Notes: generated by a model from the sequence alone, not told the origin. A stretch of 64,000 nucleotides of DNA from Alphaproteobacteria bacterium (GCA_965232515.1 CBDDPY010000002.1:6112001-6176000), one strand, 5' to 3'. Numbered from the stretch's first letter, positions 30,858-41,844 are shown. A program made the numbers and translations.

Positions 30858-32045
30858 ATGGAACCCGCCGGCCGGTTGACGCCGCAGCCCTGGATGACGG
30901 CGCCGGAGACGGCGGCGGTCCTGGCGGCGCTGACGGCCGGCGGTGGTATCGCCCGCTTTGTCGGCGGCTGCGTGCGCGACGCATTGCTGGGCCGGCCGGT
31001 GAGCGATGTCGATATCGCCACCACCGGCGCGGCCGACGACAATATCCGACATCTCGAAGCGACCGGCATCAAGGCGGTGCCGACCGGCCTGGCGCACGGC
31101 ACGCTGACGGCGGTCAGCGGCCACCGACATTTCGAGATCACCACGCTCCGGCTCGACGTCGAGACCTTCGGCCGGCATGCCCGTATCGTCTATACCGACG
31201 ACTGGGCGGCGGACGCGGCGCGGCGCGACCTGACCATGAACGCGCTCTACGCCGATGCCGACGGCACGCTCTACGACCCCATGGGCGGGCGGGCCGACCT
31301 CGAGGCCGGGCGGGTGCGTTTCGTCGGCGACGCCGCCAAGCGCATCGCCGAGGATCGCCTCAGAATCTTGAGGTTTTTCCGCTTTCACGCCTGGTACGGC
31401 CATGGCGCGCCGGCGGCCGACGCGCTGGCCGCCTGCACGGCCGCGGCGCCTGAAATCGCGTTGCTGTCGGCCGAGCGGGTGCGGGTTGAGGTGCTGAAGC
31501 TGCTGGCCGCGCCCGCCGGGCCTGCCGTCGTGCGGCTGATGGCGGACGCCGGCGTGCTGGTCCATGTGCTGCCCGGCCCGGCCGACCTCGACGCGCTCGA
31601 TCGTCTCGCGGGCCTGGAGGCCGAACCCGAGCCACTGCGCCGCCTCGCCGCGCTGACCGATCATCCTGACACGGCCCAGCGTTTGCGCCTGTCGAACGCC
31701 GAGCGCGACCGGCTGGCCTTCCTGCACCGTCCGCTGGCCGAAGTCGTCTCAAGTACGGATATGGCCGACCTGCGCCGGGCCGCCTATCGGCATGGCGTGG
31801 ATCTGGTCGCCGACCGGCTGCTGCTGGCAGGCGAAGCGCCGGCCGCCGCGGCGATCCGCGACTGGACGCCGCCGGTCTTGCCGATCGCCGGCGCCGATGT
31901 GGTGGCCCAGGGCGTGAAGCCGGGCCCGCGGGTCGGCAGGCTGTTGGATACGGTTGAGGCCTGGTGGCTCGATGCCGACTTCGCGCCTGACCGGGCGCGG
32001 TGCCTGGCCGAACTCGACCGGCTTTTGCAGGGGGAGGGGGGGTAG
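30858..32045 (+). CDS. cca: CCA tRNA nucleotidyltransferase / poly(A) polymerase family
   Basis: RFVGGCVRD, DVDIAT, EITTLR, DAARRDLTMNA, ED.LRILRFFRF. Confidence 0.9.
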   Translation: MEPAGRLTPQPWMTAPETAAVLAALTAGGGIARFVGGCVRDALLGRPVSDVDIATTGAADDNIRHLEATGIKAVPTGLAHGTLTAVSGHRHFEITTLRLDVETFGRHARIVYTDDWAADAARRDLTMNALYADADGTLYDPMGGRADLEAGRVRFVGDAAKRIAEDRLRILRFFRFHAWYGHGAPAADALAACTAAAPEIALLSAERVRVEVLKLLAAPAGPAVVRLMADAGVLVHVLPGPADLDALDRLAGLEAEPEPLRRLAALTDHPDTAQRLRLSNAERDRLAFLHRPLAEVVSSTDMADLRRAAYRHGVDLVADRLLLAGEAPAAAAIRDWTPPVLPIAGADVVAQGVKPGPRVGRLLDTVEAWWLDADFAPDRARCLAELDRLLQGEGG

Positions 32046-32139
32046 CGCGCGGGAAACGCGTGAACAACCCCATGCACAGGACCTGTCAAGGGCCGGAAAT
32101 GGCTGAATTCGGCCGATTCCGGAAACTCCGTTTTTGCAC

Positions 32140-33009
32140 TCAGCGGGCCAGGTTGTGGGTCAGGAAATCGGCCAGCTTGTCCGCGGCCTTGTTGCGGCCG
32201 GCCGGCACGCGATGAAGGGCGATTTCGGCCTGCGGCAGGTCGGGCAAGCCTTCCTCGGCCCCGAGAAAGCGCAGGTCGGCGCGGGCGGTGCCTTCCTTCA
32301 CCAGTGTCACGGCGATGCCGGCGGCCGCGATCGCCTCGGTCGCGGACAGGCTGGAACTGGTCAGCACCACACGCCAGCGCATGTTGGCCGCGCTCAGCGC
32401 CTCGACGGCGAGATTGCGGAACAGGCTGCCGAGCGGATGGGTCGCCAGCGGCACCTCGCGGCTGAGGTCGGGCAGAGGGTCGCGGCGCGAAAAGGCCCAG
32501 CGCACGCGCTCGCTGCGCAGGACCTCGCCGCCCGTCCCGGCGGGTTGGGTGGTCAGCACCAGGTCGAACTCATCGCCGAGACCGGGCAGCAACTGCAGCG
32601 TGAAGCCGGTCGTGATCTCCAGCCGGACGCCGGGATGGATGGCGGTGAAGGTCTTGAGCAGGTCCGGCAGGACGATGGTGGCGTAGTCGTCCATGACCGC
32701 GAGGCGCGCCGTGCCCTCGATCCGGGCGTCGGTCAATGCCTCGAGCGTGCGGTCGTTGAGCGCGACCATCTGCCGGGCATAGCCGAGCAGAGTCTCGCCG
32801 TGGGCCGTCAGCCGGGTCTTGCGGCCGTCGCGGTGAAAGATCGGCGCGCCGACGACCGCCTCCAGTCGGCGCATCTGCATGCTGACCGCCGACTGTGAGC
32901 GGCCGACGGCCTGCGAGGCCCTCGTGAAGCCGTGATGGTCTTGGATCGCGAGAAAACTGCGCAGGAGCGCGACGTCGATATCGCGAAACGCCTGATTAAT
33001 CGGATTCAT
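32140..33009 (-). CDS. LysR-family regulator
   Basis: LLRSF....HGFTRAS..VGRSQSAVSMQMRRLE. Confidence 0.92.
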   Translation of the reverse strand: MNPINQAFRDIDVALLRSFLAIQDHHGFTRASQAVGRSQSAVSMQMRRLEAVVGAPIFHRDGRKTRLTAHGETLLGYARQMVALNDRTLEALTDARIEGTARLAVMDDYATIVLPDLLKTFTAIHPGVRLEITTGFTLQLLPGLGDEFDLVLTTQPAGTGGEVLRSERVRWAFSRRDPLPDLSREVPLATHPLGSLFRNLAVEALSAANMRWRVVLTSSSLSATEAIAAAGIAVTLVKEGTARADLRFLGAEEGLPDLPQAEIALHRVPAGRNKAADKLADFLTHNLAR

Positions 33010-33104
33010 TGATTGATCATATCAGAACAATTCATTTTTCAAATTGGTATGCGGGAAACAAAATGCGCGGAACTCCCAAGCTCTGACATGCAAGGAGAAC
33101 CGCC

Positions 33105-34955
33105 ATGCGCCCCTACCGATCCCGCACCACCATGGATGGCGACAACCGCGCCGGCGCCCGGGCGCTGTGGCGGGCGACCGGCATGTCGGAGGCCGACCTG
33201 GGCAAGCCGATCGTCGCCATCGCCAACAGCTTCACCCAGTTCGTGCCGGGCCACGTGCACCTGAAGGACCTGGGCCAGCTCGTCGCGCGGGAGATCGAGG
33301 CCGCCGGCGCCAACGCCAAGGAGTTCAACACCATCGCCGTCGACGACGGTATCGCCATGGGCCATGACGGCATGCTCTACAGCCTGCCGTCGCGCGAGCT
33401 GATCGCCGATTGCATCGAATACATGGTCGAGGCGCATTGCGCCGACGCGCTCGTCTGTATCTCGAACTGCGACAAGATTACGCCCGGCATGCTGATGGCG
33501 GCGATGCGGCTGAACATCCCGACCATTTTCGTCTCGGGCGGGCCGATGGAGGCCGGCAAGGTCGTCGCCGGCGACACCGTGCGCGCGGTCGACGCCATCG
33601 ACGCCATGGTCGACGGCCAGTCGCCGGATCTATCGGCGGAGGAAAAGCTGGCGGTCGAGCAGGCGGCCTGTCCGACCTGTGGCTCGTGCTCCGGCATGTT
33701 CACGGCGAATTCGATGAACTGTCTGGTCGAGGCGATCGGTCTGGCATTGCCGGGCAACGGCACCGTGCTGGCGACCCATGCCGACCGCGAGGCGTTGTTC
33801 CGTGAGGCCGGTCGGCGCATCGTCGACCTGACCCGGCGGTATTACGTCGAGGATGATGATGGCGTGCTGCCGCGTCGGATCGCCGACAAGGCGAGCTTCA
33901 AGAACGCCATGACGCTCGACATCGCCATGGGCGGCTCGACCAACACCATCCTGCACCTGCTGGCCGCGGCACAGGAGGGCGAGATCGACTTCACGCTGGC
34001 CGACATCGACCGTCTGTCGCGCGAGGTGCCGCATCTCTGCAAGCTGTCGCCGTCGACGCCGGACTTCCATATCGAGGACGTGCATCGCGCCGGCGGCATC
34101 ATGGCGATCCTGGGCGAGCTCGAACGGCTGGGCCTGATCGATACGTCGCGGCCGACCGTGCATGCGCCGAGCCTCGGCGAAGCGCTGGAAGAATGGGACG
34201 TGATGCGCAACCCAGATGCCGATGTCGACACGTTCTATCGCGCCGCGCCCGGCGGCCGGCGCACGGTCGAGGCATTTTCCCAGGACGCGCGCTACGAAAC
34301 GCTCGACCTCGATCGCGCCAACGGCTGTATTCGCAATATCGCGCACGCCTATTCGCCGGACGGCGGCCTCGCGGTTCTGTTCGGCAACCTGGCGCCCGAG
34401 GGCTGCGTGATAAAGACCGCGGGCGTGCCCGACGGCATGGCGCAGTTCAGCGGACCGGCCCGGGTCTTCGAATCCGAATCCGACACCGTCGCCGGCATCC
34501 TCGGCGGCGCCGTGCAGCCGGGCGACGTCGTGGTCGTGCGCTACGAAGGGCCGAAGGGCGGACCCGGCATGCAGGAGATGCTGCACCCGACAAGCTTCCT
34601 GCGCTCAATGAAGCTGAACACCTCGTGCGCCCTCGTCACCGACGGCCGCTTCTCCGGCGGCTCGTCGGGCCTCAGCATCGGCCATATCTCGCCCGAGGCG
34701 GCGGCCGGCGGCCTGATCGGCCTGGTGCAGGACGGCGACGCCATCGCCATCGACATCGCCAACCGCCGCCTCGATCTCCAGGTCGCCGAGGACGAGCTTG
34801 AGCGCCGGCGTCAGGCCATGTCGGCGCGCGACGGCGAGACCACCTGGCGTCCGGCCAAGCCCCGCCCCCGCAAGGTCTCGCGCGCGCTCAAGGCCTACGC
34901 CCTGCTCGCCAGCGACGCCTCGAAAGGTGCGGTGCGGCAATTGCCGGAGGCGTGA
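33105..34955 (+). CDS. ilvD: Dihydroxy-acid dehydratase
   Basis: [58 protein letters not shown]; AAGGAG RBS. Confidence 0.95.
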   Translation: MRPYRSRTTMDGDNRAGARALWRATGMSEADLGKPIVAIANSFTQFVPGHVHLKDLGQLVAREIEAAGANAKEFNTIAVDDGIAMGHDGMLYSLPSRELIADCIEYMVEAHCADALVCISNCDKITPGMLMAAMRLNIPTIFVSGGPMEAGKVVAGDTVRAVDAIDAMVDGQSPDLSAEEKLAVEQAACPTCGSCSGMFTANSMNCLVEAIGLALPGNGTVLATHADREALFREAGRRIVDLTRRYYVEDDDGVLPRRIADKASFKNAMTLDIAMGGSTNTILHLLAAAQEGEIDFTLADIDRLSREVPHLCKLSPSTPDFHIEDVHRAGGIMAILGELERLGLIDTSRPTVHAPSLGEALEEWDVMRNPDADVDTFYRAAPGGRRTVEAFSQDARYETLDLDRANGCIRNIAHAYSPDGGLAVLFGNLAPEGCVIKTAGVPDGMAQFSGPARVFESESDTVAGILGGAVQPGDVVVVRYEGPKGGPGMQEMLHPTSFLRSMKLNTSCALVTDGRFSGGSSGLSIGHISPEAAAGGLIGLVQDGDAIAIDIANRRLDLQVAEDELERRRQAMSARDGETTWRPAKPRPRKVSRALKAYALLASDASKGAVRQLPEA

Positions 34956-34968
34956 ACGGCAACCGCCC

Positions 34969-34997
34969 ATGGACCCCGGCCTGCGCCGGGGTGACGA
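34969..34997 (-). repeat. REP-like palindrome (GTCA-type) between convergent genes
   Basis: Minus strand tcGTCAccccggc-gcag-gccggggtccat; 8-bp stem. Confidence 0.65.
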
Positions 34998-35018
34998 GTG
35001 GGGTGGGCCTGGGGCGAC

Positions 35019-35747
35019 TTAATTCGTCGCCTGGGACTGGGCCAGCGGGCGGAGCTGGGTCATGAGGTCGTCGGCCATCTTGGTGCCGCTGGCCTCGACG
35101 GGTAGGCCGGCGGCGGCGAGGCCGCGGGCGGTCCAGGTGTTGCATGTGTTGAGCATGTGGAACTTGCCGGTCGCCGGATAGAACTTGCTGAAGCGGTAGA
35201 GACCGGGCTCGGACGCCGCAATGCGGTCGGCGTCGCCGCGGGCGAAGCTGCTGTCGAGATAGGCGATCAGAGCTTGGAAGCCCTCGGCCGTGACGGGCAG
35301 GTCGACGACTTCGATCGAGCGAAAGGTGGCGCCGACCCGCGATTCAAGACCGAGGAGGTGCATGACCGCCGGCGTCGGCCGCAGGCCCGCCCGCAGCGTC
35401 ATGGCGAAGGTCGGTTCGGGCTCGGGGAAGTATTCGGCATCGCCCCAACTGAAACTCAGGTAGACCGCGTCGGGGAAGTCGGCCGCCTCGGGAATGACGT
35501 CCGCCGGCAACGCCGACCGCGGCACCACGATCGCCGAATGCCAGCCGTTGCTGGTGACCTGGATCGTGACGTTGCCTTGCGCCGCGTCTGTCGACGCGGC
35601 AAGGGCAGTGAAGGGCGTGCCGGCAGCGACCAGCAACGCTGCGCCAGCGGTCAGGCATACGATCACAGTGCGTCGCGATGCGCGATGCAGTGTGCGGGTC
35701 CGGCGTCGTTGTCGGATTCCGGCGTCTATCTGCCCGGCGATTCTCAT
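35019..35747 (-). CDS. DUF2459 (TIGR02117-like) protein
   Basis: NGWHSAIVVP, FSWGD..YF, FYPATGKFH..NTCNTWTA; start uncertain. Confidence 0.82.
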   Translation of the reverse strand: MRIAGQIDAGIRQRRRTRTLHRASRRTVIVCLTAGAALLVAAGTPFTALAASTDAAQGNVTIQVTSNGWHSAIVVPRSALPADVIPEAADFPDAVYLSFSWGDAEYFPEPEPTFAMTLRAGLRPTPAVMHLLGLESRVGATFRSIEVVDLPVTAEGFQALIAYLDSSFARGDADRIAASEPGLYRFSKFYPATGKFHMLNTCNTWTARGLAAAGLPVEASGTKMADDLMTQLRPLAQSQATN

Positions 35748-35858
35748 CCCACCCCATCCGGCGCGTCTAACTCAGATATGGGCCTTTCCGGGACGGAATG
35801 AAATGCCGGACCTAGCCGAGAATCTGCGGGCGAGAAGACTTAAGGCAGACCTTGCGGT

Positions 35859-36167
35859 CTAGGCGGGATCTCCGGTGCGCACGGGAAAGCGCTGCCAGGC
35901 TTCGCCGGTTGCGACCATGCAACTGCGCCCGTCGGGGCGGGTGACGAGGACGGTCCACGAGCCCGTCTTACTGACGAACAGCTCGAACATGGCTTTGCCG
36001 CTGGGTGTCAGACCGCGCCCGACCACCTGCTCGTCGAACTGCTTCTGCAGGCTCTGCGCCGCCTTGTCGTGCGGCGCGCACACTTGTTGCGCTGTCGCGG
36101 GCTGGGCCGGCACCAGCAACGCCGATGCGATGGCCAACGCGCCCAAGGCCTGGCTTGCCGGTTTCAT
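35859..36167 (-). CDS. Small exported protein with a Cys pair
   Basis: Signal peptide, QVCA, ELFVS.TGSWTVLVT.PDG.SC.VA.GEAW. Confidence 0.8.
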   Translation of the reverse strand: MKPASQALGALAIASALLVPAQPATAQQVCAPHDKAAQSLQKQFDEQVVGRGLTPSGKAMFELFVSKTGSWTVLVTRPDGRSCMVATGEAWQRFPVRTGDPA

Positions 36168-36383
36168 CTCGATATCTCCGTTCGCTCTCGTTCCTTCCAG
36201 CTTTGACATGTGGGAAGCGGTTGTTTCCGACCCGCATCAGCAACCGCGGATTTTGGTTTCAATTGTTAACGCTGCCGTCCGACGAGCCGAGCGCCTGATT
36301 TGCTATGGTGCTCGGACCTTGCGCCAAGGCCGGTTGCGCTGGCCTTCCGTGAGGCGTGGCATGTTGGCGGGAAAAGCAAAACC

Positions 36384-37550
36384 ATGAGCATCGATTTCAC
36401 GCCGGAGCAGCAGCAGATTCGCGAGAGCGTGTCGCGCCTGTGCGCCGAGTTCGGGGATCAGTACTGGCTGGAACGGGACTCTGATGGGCGTTTTCCGGAA
36501 GAGTTCTGCCGGGCGATTGCGGACCAGGGCTATATGGGCATCGCCATGCCGACCGCGTATGGCGGCGCGGGGCTCGGGATCACCGAGGCGGCAATCCTGA
36601 TGCAGACGATCTCGCAGTCGGGCGCCGGCAACGGCGGCGTGTCGTCGGTCAGCCTCGGCATCTTCGGGCTCAATCCGGTGGTGCGCTACGGCACGGACGA
36701 ACAGAAGGCGCGCATGCTGCCGCCGATCATCCGGCGCGACGACATCGCCTGCTTCAGCGTCACCGAACCGAATACGGGGCTCGATACCACGCGCCTGAAG
36801 ACCTCGGCCGTGCGCAAGGGCGACCGGTATGTGGTGAACGGGCAGAAGATCTGGACCAGCACGGCGCAGGTCGCCAACAAGATCCTGCTGATCGCGCGCA
36901 CGGCCGAGATCAGCGAGACGGCCCGGCCCATCGACGGCCTCAGCTTGTTCTATACCGACCTCGATCGGTCGAAGGTCGAGATCCGGCGGATCGAGAAGAT
37001 GGGCCGGAAATGCGTCGACTCGAACCAGCTTTTCATCGACGGCCTGGAGATCCCGGTCGACGACCGGATTGGCGAGGAGGGCAAGGGGTTCCGCTATCTG
37101 CTGCACGGCATCAATCCCGAGCGGATCCTGATCGCCGCCGGTCTGGTGGGCCTCGGCCGGGCAGCGCTGCACAAGGCGACGGAATACGCCAAGGAGCGCG
37201 TGGTGTTCGACCGGCCGATCGGCATGAACCAGGCGATCCAGCATCCGCTCGCCGAGAGTTGGGCCGAGCTGGAGGCGGCGAACCTGATGGCGTTTCGCGC
37301 GGCGCAGCTCTACGACCGGGGCGAGGAATGCGGGGCCATGGCCAACGCCGCCAAGTATCTCGCCGGCGAGGCAGCCTTCAAGGCCTGCAACAACGCCGTC
37401 CTGACCCACGGCGGCATGGGCTACGCCAAGGAGTATCATGTCGAGCGTTACTTGCGCGAAGCGCTGATCCATCGCATTGCGCCGATCACGCCGCACCTGA
37501 TCCTCTGCTACATTGCCGAACGGGTTTTGGGATTGCCGAAATCGTATTGA
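36384..37550 (+). CDS. Acyl-CoA dehydrogenase
   Basis: FSVTEPNTGLD, NGQKIWTS, R.VFDRPIG.NQAIQH, HGGMGYAKEYHVER. Confidence 0.93.
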   Translation: MSIDFTPEQQQIRESVSRLCAEFGDQYWLERDSDGRFPEEFCRAIADQGYMGIAMPTAYGGAGLGITEAAILMQTISQSGAGNGGVSSVSLGIFGLNPVVRYGTDEQKARMLPPIIRRDDIACFSVTEPNTGLDTTRLKTSAVRKGDRYVVNGQKIWTSTAQVANKILLIARTAEISETARPIDGLSLFYTDLDRSKVEIRRIEKMGRKCVDSNQLFIDGLEIPVDDRIGEEGKGFRYLLHGINPERILIAAGLVGLGRAALHKATEYAKERVVFDRPIGMNQAIQHPLAESWAELEAANLMAFRAAQLYDRGEECGAMANAAKYLAGEAAFKACNNAVLTHGGMGYAKEYHVERYLREALIHRIAPITPHLILCYIAERVLGLPKSY

Positions 37551-37603
37551 TGTTCCGGCGTCGCGCGCCGGATGGGAAAGAAGGGGACTGACGAGGTGAA
37601 AGT

Positions 37604-38776
37604 ATGAGCCGGCCCGCCAAGGGCTTTATCGCGGGCGTGTTCGAGCATCCGACGCGCAAGGCCGTCGACAAGACGATCCCGCAACTTCATGCCGAGGTGG
37701 CGCTGGGGGCGCTGCGGGATGCGGGCCTGACCAAGGACGACGTCGACGGCTATTTCTGCGCCGGCGACGCGCCCGGCCTGGGCGGGCTGTCGATGGCGGA
37801 GTATATGGGCCTGAAGGTCCGGCACATCGACACGACCGAGACCGGCGGCTCGTCCTACACGGTGCATGTTGGGCATGCGGTCGACGCCATCGCGGCGGGG
37901 CGCTGTTCGGTGGCGCTGGTGACGCTTGCCGGCCGGCCGCGGGCGGAAGGCGTGGCGACGCTAGGGTCGCGCAACTACGGGCCGGCCTCGCCCGACGTCG
38001 GCTTCGAGCTGCCCTACGGGCCGGCGATCACCAACCTCTATGGCATGGCCGCCATGCGGCACATGTACGAGTTCGGCACGACGTCGGAACAGCTCGCCTG
38101 GATCAAGGTCGCGGCGTCGCACCATGCGCAGCACAACGAGCACGCACTGCTGCGCGACGTGGTGACCGTCGAGGACGTACTGAACTCGCCGATGATCGCC
38201 GATCCGCTGCACCGGCTCGACTGCTGCGTGATCAGCGATGGCGGCGGCGCGCTGATCATCGTCAGCCCGGAGGTCGCCAGATCGATCGGCGACCGCTGCG
38301 TGAAGGTCCTGGGCACGGGCGAGGCGGTGAAGCACCTGAACGGCGGCAAGGTCGATCTCAGCTTCAACGGCGCGGCCCTGTCCGGACCGGTCGCCTTTGC
38401 CGAGGCCGAACTGACGCCGGCTGACATGGACTACGTGTCGATCTACGACAGCTTCACCATCACCGTGCTGCAGACGCTGGAGGACCTGGGCTTCTGCGAG
38501 AAGGGCGAGGGCGGCAAGCTGGTCGCCGACGGGAATTTGATTTCGGGTGTCGGCAAGCTGCCGTTCAACACCGATGGCGGCGGGCTCTGCAACAACCATC
38601 CCGGCAACCGCGGCGGCATGACCAAGGTGATCGAAGCGGTGCGGCAGCTGCGCGGTGAAGCGCATCCGAAGGTGCAGGTGCCGGACTGTACGCTGGCGCT
38701 GGCGCACGGCACCGGCGGCTCGATCGCCACACGTATGGGCAGCGCCACGGTGATCCTGGGGAGGAACGACGCATGA
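37604..38776 (+). CDS. SCP-x/Ltp2-like thiolase-domain protein
   Basis: DCCVISDGGGA, IYDSFT, PFNTDGGGL, EAVRQLRG; no N-domain catalytic Cys (ETGGSS). Confidence 0.88.
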   Translation: MSRPAKGFIAGVFEHPTRKAVDKTIPQLHAEVALGALRDAGLTKDDVDGYFCAGDAPGLGGLSMAEYMGLKVRHIDTTETGGSSYTVHVGHAVDAIAAGRCSVALVTLAGRPRAEGVATLGSRNYGPASPDVGFELPYGPAITNLYGMAAMRHMYEFGTTSEQLAWIKVAASHHAQHNEHALLRDVVTVEDVLNSPMIADPLHRLDCCVISDGGGALIIVSPEVARSIGDRCVKVLGTGEAVKHLNGGKVDLSFNGAALSGPVAFAEAELTPADMDYVSIYDSFTITVLQTLEDLGFCEKGEGGKLVADGNLISGVGKLPFNTDGGGLCNNHPGNRGGMTKVIEAVRQLRGEAHPKVQVPDCTLALAHGTGGSIATRMGSATVILGRNDA

Positions 38777-39174
38777 CAACGGCCGAACGCAGCTATCCCG
38801 ATCCGACGACGAACCTGGAAACGGAACGCTATTGGGCGGCGGCCAAGGACGGCGTCCTGCTGATCAAAACCTGCAATGCCTGCGGCGAGGCGCATTACTA
38901 CCCCCGCGAGATCTGCCCGCATTGCGGCAGCACGGACACTGAATGGCGCGAGGCCAGCGGCAAAGGCACGATCTACAGCTATTCGGTGATGCGCCGGGCC
39001 GAGATCCCCTATGTCATCGCCTATGTCACGCTCGCCGAGAGCGTGACAATGATGAGCAACATCGTCGATGCGGATTTCGACGCCATCGCCATCGGCAAGG
39101 CGGTCGAGGTGACGTTCCGCGAGACCGAGGGCGGCATGGCGCTGCCGGTGTTCCGGCTGGCAGGAGAAGGGTGA
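38773..39174 (+). CDS. DUF35 Zn-ribbon/OB-fold protein
   Basis: CNACG...YPR..CPHC, GKGTIYSY; ATGA overlap with the thiolase gene. Confidence 0.92.
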   Translation: MTTAERSYPDPTTNLETERYWAAAKDGVLLIKTCNACGEAHYYPREICPHCGSTDTEWREASGKGTIYSYSVMRRAEIPYVIAYVTLAESVTMMSNIVDADFDAIAIGKAVEVTFRETEGGMALPVFRLAGEG

Positions 39175-39181
39175 TCCGACG

Positions 39182-39634
39182 ATGGCAGGGCTTTACTACG
39201 AAGAGTTCGAGGTCGGCATGGAATTCAAGCATGCCCTGACCCGGACGGTGACGGAGATGGACAACATCATGTTCTGCGCGCTGACGCACAATCCGCAGCC
39301 GCTGCATTTGGACGAGGAGTTCGCCAAGGAAACCGAATACGGCCACCGTCTGGTCAACAGCATCTTCACGCTGGGCCTGGTAATCGGCGTGACCGTGGGC
39401 GACACGACGCTGGGCACCACGTTGGGCAATCTCGGCATGACCGACGTGCGCTTCGCCAATCCGGTGTTCCACGGCGACACCATCCGCGCCGTCACGCGGG
39501 TGAAGGAAATGCGCGAGAGCAAGTCGCGGCCGACGCAAGGTCTGGTGACGTTCGAGCATTTCGGCTTCAACCAGCGCGACCAGGAGGTGGCGTACTGCGT
39601 GCGCACCGGCCTGATGATGAAGCGGCCGGCATGA
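39182..39634 (+). CDS. MaoC-family dehydratase
   Basis: RTVTEMDN..F..LTHNPQPLH.D, F..PVFHGDT. Confidence 0.92.
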   Translation: MAGLYYEEFEVGMEFKHALTRTVTEMDNIMFCALTHNPQPLHLDEEFAKETEYGHRLVNSIFTLGLVIGVTVGDTTLGTTLGNLGMTDVRFANPVFHGDTIRAVTRVKEMRESKSRPTQGLVTFEHFGFNQRDQEVAYCVRTGLMMKRPA

Positions 39635-40524
39635 TCATCCGGTCCTGGCTGTTCGTTCCGGGCGACAGCGAGCGCAAGCTGGAAAAGGGGCGGGAGAACC
39701 CGGCCGACGCACTGATCCTGGACCTGGAAGACGCGGTCTCGAACGACCGGCAGGAAATCGCGCGGGACATGGTGCAGGCCTATCTGAAGGCGAACGCCGA
39801 CCGTTCGCGCCAGCAGCTCTGGGTGCGGATTAATCCGCTCGACACCGAGCTGTCGCTGCCGGACCTGGCCGCGGTGATGCCGGGCGCGCCGGACGGGATC
39901 GTGCTGCCCAAGGTCTATTCGGCGGCCGACGTGAACACGCTCGGGCACTACCTCTCGGCGCTGGAAGCGCGCGAGGGCCTTGCGCAGGGGGTGACCAAGA
40001 TCTGCTGCGTCGCCACCGAAACGGCCGCCTCGCTGTTGAGTTTCCATACCTATCTGGACGGCGTCACCGAGCGGCTGGTGGCGATGACCTGGGGCGCCGA
40101 GGACCTGTCCGCGGCGCTCGGCGCCATCGACAACCGAAATCCGGCGACCGGTGAATACGACGATCCCTACCTGATGGCGAAGTCGTTGTGTCTGGCGGCG
40201 GCGCGGGCGATCGACGCCCAGCCCGTGGGCGTGGTCTTCACTGACTTTCGTGATCTGGCGGCGCTGGAGGCCGATTGTCTGCGTGATCGGCGGGCCGGCT
40301 TCGTTGGCAAGATCGCCATCCATCCGGCCCAGGTCGAGGTCATCAACCGGGCCTTTACGCCGTCCGAGGACGAGATCGCCTACGCGAAACGGGTCGTCGA
40401 GGTATTCGAGCAGAATCCCGGCCTCGGCACGGTCGGGCTGGATGGCAAGATGCTCGACATGCCACACCTGAAGCAGGCCCGCAACGTGCTGAACATGGCC
40501 GAGCAGATCAAGGCGTTGGCGTAG
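39631..40524 (+). CDS. CitE/Mcl-family CoA-ester lyase
   Basis: RSWLFVPGD, DLEDAV, VRIN, WGAEDL, GK.AIHP.Q, GKMLD.PH. Confidence 0.92.
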   Translation: MIIRSWLFVPGDSERKLEKGRENPADALILDLEDAVSNDRQEIARDMVQAYLKANADRSRQQLWVRINPLDTELSLPDLAAVMPGAPDGIVLPKVYSAADVNTLGHYLSALEAREGLAQGVTKICCVATETAASLLSFHTYLDGVTERLVAMTWGAEDLSAALGAIDNRNPATGEYDDPYLMAKSLCLAAARAIDAQPVGVVFTDFRDLAALEADCLRDRRAGFVGKIAIHPAQVEVINRAFTPSEDEIAYAKRVVEVFEQNPGLGTVGLDGKMLDMPHLKQARNVLNMAEQIKALA

Positions 40525-40602
40525 GCGCGAGCGGCGGTACAAATGGCTTGATCGCTTGTTTCGAGAAGTGCATATACACGTTTAGTGGAACGGAGCGACA
40601 AC

Positions 40603-41844
40603 ATGGCCGTTTCGGAGATGCGGGCAAAGTCTGTGGCGCGGCCCTTGCCACCCGGACTCGGCAGTGTGCTGCTGCTGACGGCATTGGCGGCGGTGGGGCA
40701 GTTCGCGTCGAACGTCTATACGCCGGCGCTGCCATTCGTGGCGACGTCCTTGGGCGTGGACGCCAGCGCGGCGCAGCTGACGCTGGCGATCTTCCTGTTC
40801 GCCTTTGCCGTATCGCAGCTAGTCTATGGACCGTTGACCGACCGGTTCGGCCGGCGGCCGGTGCTGTTCGCCGGATTGGCATTGTTTCTGGCCGGCACGC
40901 TTGCCTGTGCGCTGGCCGAAAGTCTGACCACGTTGCTTTGGGCGAGGGCCCTGCAGGCCGTGGGCGCGGCCGGCGGGCTGGTGGTCTCGCGCGCCGCGAC
41001 CCGCGACAGCTTCGACGGCGTCGAGCTCGCGCGCGCGTTTGGTGCCATCACCATCGCCTTCGCCCTGGTGCCGGGTCTGACGCCGCTGATCGGCGGCGTG
41101 GTGCAGGAGCTGGCCGGCTGGCGCGAGATCTTCTGGCTGACGCTCGCCGTCGGCGTCGCGGTTACGCTGGTCGCGACAATGAAGCTGCCGGAGACCGCAC
41201 GGTCGCGAATAGACCGCATCGATGCGCGTGAGATCGGCCGCGGCTATGGCGCGGTGCTGCGCGACCGGACGGCGGTGTCCTACGCGCTGACGGCGGGACT
41301 GGTGTTCGGCGCCATGTCGGCCTTCTTCGCGGCCTCGCCGGCGCTCTACATCGAGCAGTTGGGTGTGGGGCCGGCGGAATACGGCCTCTATCCGCCGCTC
41401 GCCGTGACCGGTTTCGTCATCGGCGGCATCATCACGCGACGGCTTGCCGGCAAGGTCGCGGCGCGACGGATCGCGGGTACCGGGCTTGCTATCATGGGCG
41501 TCGGTCTGGCCCTGATGCTGACGGTCCCGGCGCTCGGCCTGGTGCACAAACATGTCTTCAACGCGGCCATGATCGTCATCGTCACCGGGCTCGGCGTGTT
41601 TCTGCCAACGTCCATCGCCCAGGTTCTGTCGCGATTCCCGGACCGCGCCGGCACCGCCGCGGCGCTGCAGGGTTTCATTCAGATGTCGGGCGGCGCGCTG
41701 GGCGCCGTTGTCGTCAGCGCCGTGCAGCCGGCGATGCCGATCTTCGCCACGCCGGTGGTCATGGCGCTATCGGTCGGGATGGCGATTGTCTTGTTCGCGA
41801 TGGCTGTGCCGCGTGCGACTGAACGCGGATTCAGCGCGACCTGA
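40603..41844 (+). CDS. Bcr/CflA MFS efflux transporter
   Basis: YTPALP, GPLTDRFGRRPVL, LPET; about 12 TM helices. Confidence 0.9.
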   Translation: MAVSEMRAKSVARPLPPGLGSVLLLTALAAVGQFASNVYTPALPFVATSLGVDASAAQLTLAIFLFAFAVSQLVYGPLTDRFGRRPVLFAGLALFLAGTLACALAESLTTLLWARALQAVGAAGGLVVSRAATRDSFDGVELARAFGAITIAFALVPGLTPLIGGVVQELAGWREIFWLTLAVGVAVTLVATMKLPETARSRIDRIDAREIGRGYGAVLRDRTAVSYALTAGLVFGAMSAFFAASPALYIEQLGVGPAEYGLYPPLAVTGFVIGGIITRRLAGKVAARRIAGTGLAIMGVGLALMLTVPALGLVHKHVFNAAMIVIVTGLGVFLPTSIAQVLSRFPDRAGTAAALQGFIQMSGGALGAVVVSAVQPAMPIFATPVVMALSVGMAIVLFAMAVPRATERGFSAT

